Positions 59,404 through 64,000 of a DNA stretch of 64,000 nucleotides are shown piece by piece. Below the pieces are notes generated by a model, which did not search any database, was not told where the DNA came from, and saw only the letters and a program-made list of their open reading frames with translations. Position 1 is the first letter of the stretch. Every line of letters begins with the position of its first letter. The stretch covers positions 40,981 through 104,980 of IMG/VR virus record IMGVR_UViG_3300029787_000010, one strand, 5' to 3'. This stretch comes from a virus. Made by a program: the position numbers and the translations under genes.

Positions 59404-59823
59404 TTAACGCTTCCGTTCTTCACGCTCGGTTTTGCGCTGTTTCGTCTCTTCTTCGTCGGCCTTGATGCGAGCCATGAACTCGGGGTCAGCCGGCGGAGGA
59501 GCGGGTGAGGTTTGTTGTGCCATAAGGGGGTTAGGTTCGTCATCGTAAATTGGAATGCGGGATTCACCCCTTTCTCCTCTTCGGTTAAGGAGCCTATGTT
59601 GCTGGGGTGTCAAGCCAGTCAACTCCGGTACACCAAACGGGGGTGACAAAAGTATACTCTTTTTTCCACCTTGGTAGTACGGCGTGCCTTTGGTTTCTTC
59701 GGGTTGAGAATAAGGGTCTGCTCTTGAGCGAGCAGCACTTTGTGCTTCGGCAATTCTTAGACCCAGCGAGGATTCCCGCAGGTCGGCTTTCAGCACAGTC
59801 CAAGCGGCGTCCATTGGGTTCAT
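59404..59823 (-). CDS. Tagged hypothetical protein
   Basis: 'MNPMDAAWTVLK|A'. Confidence 0.75.
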   Translation of the reverse strand: MNPMDAAWTVLKADLRESSLGLRIAEAQSAARSRADPYSQPEETKGTPYYQGGKKSILLSPPFGVPELTGLTPQQHRLLNRRGERGESRIPIYDDEPNPLMAQQTSPAPPPADPEFMARIKADEEETKQRKTEREERKR

Positions 59824-59827
59824 AGTA

Positions 59828-60478
59828 TCACATCTGCCCCATCATGTCGGGTATCATTTGAATGTTGTCGGGGTTGCCCCTACGCCCCACACGACCAAAG
59901 TCTTGGTGACCGGCGATGTGCGGCCGCGAATGCGGCTGCACATCCATATCTCCTTGTTGCTCATAGAATTGACGCAACTTTTCGGGGTAGGCATTGAAGA
60001 CCTGCATGAACTCTTCATTTTGAGAAGGGTCATCAATCTGTAGCATGTTCGCAGTATCATACGCTCTGTAAGGAGAATCCTTTGACATCTCGTGAAGAAC
60101 TCGGTCGGGAGGTTTGGGAGCACCTTGCCGGTGGACCGGGCCCAAGGACCGGCGACTTCCCGCAGAGTTTAGTTGTTCGTCTGTACTGTAAGGGTCTAAA
60201 TTTCCGGGTGCTTCACTATACGGTTGAGGCCAATCTCGGTAACGAGGGGGGTGATATGTGTCAAGATGACCGGGGTTATTGAGCGCAATGTCATCTATGT
60301 CTAACTCTTTGTCGGCGAAGTCTAAGTAAGGGGGCCTTTTCGTAAGCAATCCAGCGATAGCAGGGTGCAGAGTTTGACTCCTTCCGCCGCCGCGCTGCGA
60401 CGGGAAGCCGCCGCCGTGCACCATACGGAGATTGGGGTCGGCCTTGAGGATTGACCATGCTGCATCCATTGGGTTCAT
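59828..60478 (-). CDS. Tagged hypothetical protein
   Basis: Probable start ATG 60478 'MNPMDAAWSILK|A'; internal 'TLHPAIAGLL'. Confidence 0.75.
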   Translation of the reverse strand: MNPMDAAWSILKADPNLRMVHGGGFPSQRGGGRSQTLHPAIAGLLTKRPPYLDFADKELDIDDIALNNPGHLDTYHPPRYRDWPQPYSEAPGNLDPYSTDEQLNSAGSRRSLGPVHRQGAPKPPDRVLHEMSKDSPYRAYDTANMLQIDDPSQNEEFMQVFNAYPEKLRQFYEQQGDMDVQPHSRPHIAGHQDFGRVGRRGNPDNIQMIPDMMGQM

Positions 60479-60482
60479 TGTA

Positions 60483-61727
60483 TCACAGTCCACTTAAGTC
60501 ATACTGAGGTTCGTCAAAGGCGAAGTCAAACTGAGACTCATTAGTTTGAGGGCGACGGAAGCGGTTAAAAATTCTACTTAGGGCGCTACTTAGACGATTA
60601 CGAGGACGAGCGCCTTGAGCGAGTTCTTGACCCAACTCCATCATCGGTCTGTTCTTGAATGATTCATTACTTCCCGGTAACATGGCAGTTTGGTCACCCG
60701 GACGACCTTGGTAAACATCCGTAGAAGGTTTTCGGAGGAGATGCCACGAAGTAATGTCATCGTCTTCACCACGGCTTCGCATGTCTCTAAGGTGTTGACT
60801 GCGAGGGGGGTAAAATCCGCTTCGTGCAACACCGTCTCTACCACGGGATGTACTTAGGATATTGATTGGCTCGCCATAGTTGCCCATGTGAGGGTGTTTT
60901 TGCCTTACTGCTCCAATCATACCAACCTCGGGAGGCGTGTCTAAATGAGGGTGGTGGGCACCGCCCGGTACGCCCGGAATCGGTGCTTGAGGAAGTTGAA
61001 TTGGTCCATATTCAAAATCGTCTATGACATTCGTTAATTCATTTTGTCGCTCATCATAATGGGCATCATACTTTGGGTGCTCTTGTCGGCTACCGAACCT
61101 CATTATCAAGTTTCCATCTTCATCCCGTTGATTTCCGTAACGGCCGACTGGGAAGTTGTCGTAAACGATGGGTGGGTCGCTGAATTTGACACCGGGTACA
61201 CCCTGCACCGTTGTGGGGTCAGCCCTACCCGTCATTCGTGGTACATACGGATAGCCCCTATGGCGAAGTTCATGCTCCGGTGTATTGCGTCGCAGTTCAT
61301 CAAATGCTTCATGGTCTGTTTGACTGGCAAAGTGGTGACGCTTGCCACTGTTCTCCAACATGTCTTGCATTTGCCCCGAGTCTACACGAAGAGAAGGCTG
61401 GTCGCCAAAACTATGAATAAAACTCCCAAGGCCCCCATGTCCTCCTGCGGCTCCGCCACCTTCTCCACCAAACCTATCAAATCGTTTTTCGGGGTCGTAA
61501 ACACCTTGGGGGTCTTCATCACGCGCACGGCTGCGTCTCATGTCCTCTAAACGCTCAAGTAAACCACCTATCGCCGGATGGGCAGTACCGAGTCGCATTT
61601 GCTCAGTGCCCGGATAGCCGACATCACCGAAGCCTACTGGTACTCGGCCTTGACCGTGCTGTTCGTACAATTGCTGTTCATCCAAAGCCTTGAGAAGCGA
61701 CCAAGCGGCTTCCAAGGCTGCGACCAT
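60483..61727 (-). CDS. Tagged hypothetical protein
   Basis: Probable start ATG 61727 'MVAALEAAWSLLK|A'; internal 'TAHPAIGGLL'. Confidence 0.75.
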   Translation of the reverse strand: MVAALEAAWSLLKALDEQQLYEQHGQGRVPVGFGDVGYPGTEQMRLGTAHPAIGGLLERLEDMRRSRARDEDPQGVYDPEKRFDRFGGEGGGAAGGHGGLGSFIHSFGDQPSLRVDSGQMQDMLENSGKRHHFASQTDHEAFDELRRNTPEHELRHRGYPYVPRMTGRADPTTVQGVPGVKFSDPPIVYDNFPVGRYGNQRDEDGNLIMRFGSRQEHPKYDAHYDERQNELTNVIDDFEYGPIQLPQAPIPGVPGGAHHPHLDTPPEVGMIGAVRQKHPHMGNYGEPINILSTSRGRDGVARSGFYPPRSQHLRDMRSRGEDDDITSWHLLRKPSTDVYQGRPGDQTAMLPGSNESFKNRPMMELGQELAQGARPRNRLSSALSRIFNRFRRPQTNESQFDFAFDEPQYDLSGL

Positions 61728-61750
61728 GTACGGGGGAGAGCGGGCGAAGA

Positions 61751-61760
61751 GATAAAGTTT
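61751..61760 (-). promoter_or_regulatory. Putative TATA-like element
   Basis: AAACTTTATC ends 23 nt before ATG 61727. Confidence 0.4.
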
Positions 61761-61762
61761 CT

Positions 61763-62614
61763 TCACACGCCGAGGCCCTGTTCTTGGAGCCGTTTCTCAT
61801 AGCGCAATTGGTCAGCCGAAGGGCCAGCCAAATGCAACTCGGACATCGGTTTGGGGTCTTCTCGGCTGAGATAGGGGCCAAACGAGTATTTCTGCATCAT
61901 GTTGTAAATCTCTTCTTGAGTCATGCCGGGCGTCAGTGCAAACGCTCCCGTTTCATGACCCATGTTTTTCAAATTGCGAAACGCATGTTCGGCCGCTTGT
62001 CGGTCATAATCACCCAACATTTCTTCAACGAAATAGGGCCCAAGTTCATCGTACATTTGAGTACGGAAGGCCATGTCGTTTTTGAGTCGTTCCTTGAGTG
62101 CGGTGTCCTCCTGCAAATCCATGATGCCGGACTGCTGCTTGGCCCATTCAACCATCTCCGGGTCAATAAGTTGGTGAACAACTTCGTGCCCCATTATATC
62201 GCCAACCCGTTGTGCGTACTGGTCAAAGTTGTCGCCAACATCCCCTTCAAAGTCCAAATCTAAAATGCGCTGAACATTGGCTCCGGAAAAACTCCCATCG
62301 GGGTTGAGCCGGGGAACGGACCCGCCACGATAGTAAGGTTCTCGTGAAGGGCTGCTTACCACTTTTGCTGCCGCCATGTTTGGAAAGTTTTCCCGCATGC
62401 CTGCTGATGTCATCCCACGACCTGTGTTGTAATGCATGTTGAGAGGGCTGTACCGTTCAGCCCCCGATATGTAGGATGGACCGCCATAAGGGCGCGTCCC
62501 CTTATATCGTTCCGCGTTGTAATCAGCACTCATCACACCACGAGGAGTACCTTTGCCACCAAGAAAAAAATCCGCTTTGAGGACAGACCAAGCCTGTTCA
62601 AAGGGGGACATCAC
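61763..62614 (-). CDS. Tagged protein with HExxH zincin-like metallopeptidase motif
   Basis: 'SPFEQAWSVLK|A'; 'DIMGHEVVHQL' and downstream 'HETGAF'. Confidence 0.7.
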   Translation of the reverse strand: MMSPFEQAWSVLKADFFLGGKGTPRGVMSADYNAERYKGTRPYGGPSYISGAERYSPLNMHYNTGRGMTSAGMRENFPNMAAAKVVSSPSREPYYRGGSVPRLNPDGSFSGANVQRILDLDFEGDVGDNFDQYAQRVGDIMGHEVVHQLIDPEMVEWAKQQSGIMDLQEDTALKERLKNDMAFRTQMYDELGPYFVEEMLGDYDRQAAEHAFRNLKNMGHETGAFALTPGMTQEEIYNMMQKYSFGPYLSREDPKPMSELHLAGPSADQLRYEKRLQEQGLGV

Positions 62615-63072
62615 TGACCACCGAACACTGTGAAAGGATTGAAGTTCGGGTTGGGAGGTCGTGAAAAACTACCGGGCTCGGGTAAGTTCTGCATGGCGTC
62701 AATGCGGTCTTGGTGGAACTGATTCGCCCGGTCCACGGCTTGGTCACGGTCAGCCGTCACTCGGACAAGCCGCTCGTCGGGCGTAAGGTTCCTACCTTTG
62801 CGTTGATGCTGGAACCTCACTTCGTGGAGCGGGCCCTCTTGGTCTTGCTCGTGATAAGGTGTGAAGAAGCCCTTGGACTTGGGGTGCATCTGTGAAAAGC
62901 CGCCTTTGTGTCTACCCAAGGTGTGCAAGGGAAGGCCGTCCCTCCCTACCTGTCGGTTCACCACTGTTTCCGTAGGTGAGCGCATCTGTGGAAACATGGC
63001 CGAGCGACCATGCAGCGACCGCTGAGGGTCATACTGCTTGAGGACAGACCAAGCCTGTTCAAGCGGATGCAT
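62611..63072 (-). CDS. Tagged hypothetical protein, first gene of the late unit
   Basis: 'MHPLEQAWSVLK|Q'. Confidence 0.75.
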   Translation of the reverse strand: MHPLEQAWSVLKQYDPQRSLHGRSAMFPQMRSPTETVVNRQVGRDGLPLHTLGRHKGGFSQMHPKSKGFFTPYHEQDQEGPLHEVRFQHQRKGRNLTPDERLVRVTADRDQAVDRANQFHQDRIDAMQNLPEPGSFSRPPNPNFNPFTVFGGQ

Positions 63073-63091
63073 GACTATCGGAGCCGGCCCG

Positions 63092-63117
63092 ACTTAAAAA
63101 AAATTGTTAATTTTTTA
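63092..63117 (-). promoter_or_regulatory. Putative late-operon promoter (AT-rich, quasi-palindromic)
   Basis: TTTTTTAAG about 20 nt before ATG 63072, within an AT block flanked by GC-rich DNA. Confidence 0.55.
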
Positions 63118-63171
63118 GGGCCCTAAGCCTGTGAGCAAAAAAAATGGCGGAGCGCCGTGTGTGGTTAAAGG

Positions 63172-63675
63172 AGGGTAAACCCGGCGGGTAAACCCATTCC
63201 TCCGGCTAAGGTAAACCCCCTGCGGCGGCTGGGGTAAACCCCTTGCCCGATTTGGGTAAACCCCCTCAGTCGCACGGTCTATAGAACGGGGTGCGTCGTG
63301 CGAGTCAGCCGGCTCACACGGTAGGGCCAGCCGCCTCGTGCGTAGGGCCAGCCGCCTCGCATGGGGTGGGCTAACAGCCTCGCAGGGTGCCGTTCTATAG
63401 AATGCCTCGTGCGCCCTCGCCGCCGCCCCGTGTGAGTCGGCTCCCTGTGCTGGCACAGGGGGACGGCTCTCCCGTGCAAGGGCTCTCCAAGCCGCCCCGT
63501 GTGAGCCGCCTTGCTGTGTTCTGTGTGAGGTGGCCCCCTGTGGTGTAGGGGGTTTACCCTGCCCCGTGCGAGTCGCCGTCGCTTGTTTGGGGGGACAAGC
63601 CCCACCGATATGGGTGTGCGTTCCGCTTCTCAATGTCCCGTAAAGCCCTGCTGTGCTGTGTGGGTAAAGCCCCCC
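63172..63675. repeat. Iteron-like repeat cluster in the divergent intergenic region
   Basis: Five GGTAAACCC copies (63172-63265), an inverted copy near 63549, GTAGGGCCAGCCGCCTCG x2 (63321, 63342), GCCGCCCCGTGTGAG x2 (63422, 63491), TTCTATAGAA palindrome (63393). Confidence 0.8.
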
Positions 63676-63712
63676 TGCCCTGTTTTCGTGAGGTGGCCTT
63701 TTTGGACTTCTC

Positions 63713-63720
63713 TTTATAAA
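63713..63720 (+). promoter_or_regulatory. Putative TATA box for rightward transcription
   Basis: TTTATAAA consensus upstream of the plus-strand gene at 63861. Confidence 0.5.
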
Positions 63721-63860
63721 GCCTCAAAACAATGTTTCAATGTCCTTCCCCCTCCGCTTGGAGGCCGGTACACCCACCCCCTTGCCCTGTGCTGGGGTGT
63801 GGGTGTGCCTGCTCCGGCTGATGTGTGGGGGTAGGCACCCGAATACAGGAGGGAAAACAC

Positions 63861-64000
63861 ATGATGACAAAGTACGAGAAGAAGCCAATCCGTGACGCAT
63901 GCGAGCAGAAACACCGAGACGGTGGTCTGTGCCGTGGGGTACTCAACCCCAAGGGCACGACCGTCGGCACCGTGTACATCTGCGCAGACTGCGGCCACGA
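63861..64000 (+). CDS. Small zinc-finger protein, partial (runs off the window)
   Basis: CAGGAGG then MMTKYEKKPIRDACEQKHRDGGLCRGVLNPKGTTVGTVYICADCGH... Confidence 0.65.
   Translation, partial: MMTKYEKKPIRDACEQKHRDGGLCRGVLNPKGTTVGTVYICADCGH

Noticed and set aside
208-62895. Numerous plus-strand and alternate-frame ORFs in the track (for example 34778..35665, 38819..39760, 28996..29811)
   Set aside because: They are shadows of long, tightly packed minus-strand genes and lack start signals or recognisable motifs.
54168-63072. Tag as a secretion signal or RiPP leader peptide
   Set aside because: No hydrophobic core or twin-Arg, no modifying enzymes or transporter nearby, bodies are up to about 400 aa, and the motif also occurs internally and at a C-terminus.
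63172-63675. Possible CRISPR or mini-CRISPR array
   Set aside because: Repeats are 9-18 nt with irregular short spacing and mixed orientation; no cas genes.
63115-63998. ORFs 63115..63633, 63279..63605, 63583..63834, 63714..63998 and 63737..63979
   Set aside because: They run through GC-rich repeats with low-complexity translations; the region is better explained as non-coding plus the gene starting at 63861.
1-64000. tRNA/rRNA genes, integrase, reverse transcriptase/DGR, tail sheath
   Set aside because: None recognised. Intergenic space is minimal, though a tRNAscan/Infernal run on 59280-59403 and 63073-63860 would be needed to exclude small RNAs.

Overview
The window is the late/structural half of a large tailed (Caudoviricetes, HK97-fold) virus genome. 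Almost all genes are on the minus strand. The host is most likely archaeal: halovirus-like major capsid protein, GGTGA/GGAGG-type ribosome sites, and TATA-like boxes about 20-25 nt upstream of leaderless starts. It resembles Marine Group II (Poseidoniales) 'magroviruses', which is inference and was not searched. In transcription order (right to left) it contains: a repeat-rich divergent non-coding region (63.1-63.9 kb); an array of about 13 diverse proteins sharing a P-[MFL]-[DE]-x-A-W-x-[VIL]-L-K tag (54-63 kb); a six-gene membrane operon built around an Arf/Sar1-like small GTPase (50.7-54.1 kb); a TerS candidate, three putative core proteins, TerL, a LAGLIDADG-domain protein and the portal; a 1895-aa protein with an apparently dead DNA-ligase fold; prohead protease/scaffold, MCP and decoration genes; adaptor, terminator, tail tube, a frameshifted chaperone pair, a 154-aa mini tape-measure candidate, two Dit-like paralogs, a 5487-aa tail-tip protein, a hub-like protein and a truncated fibre-like gene. 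The two best candidates for undescribed systems are (1) a capsid-targeting/cleavage tag that would load a variable cargo array and polyproteins into the head, and (2) the GTPase-centred membrane operon, possibly for egress or membrane remodelling. All homology calls come from motif recognition by eye; no searches or counts were run.
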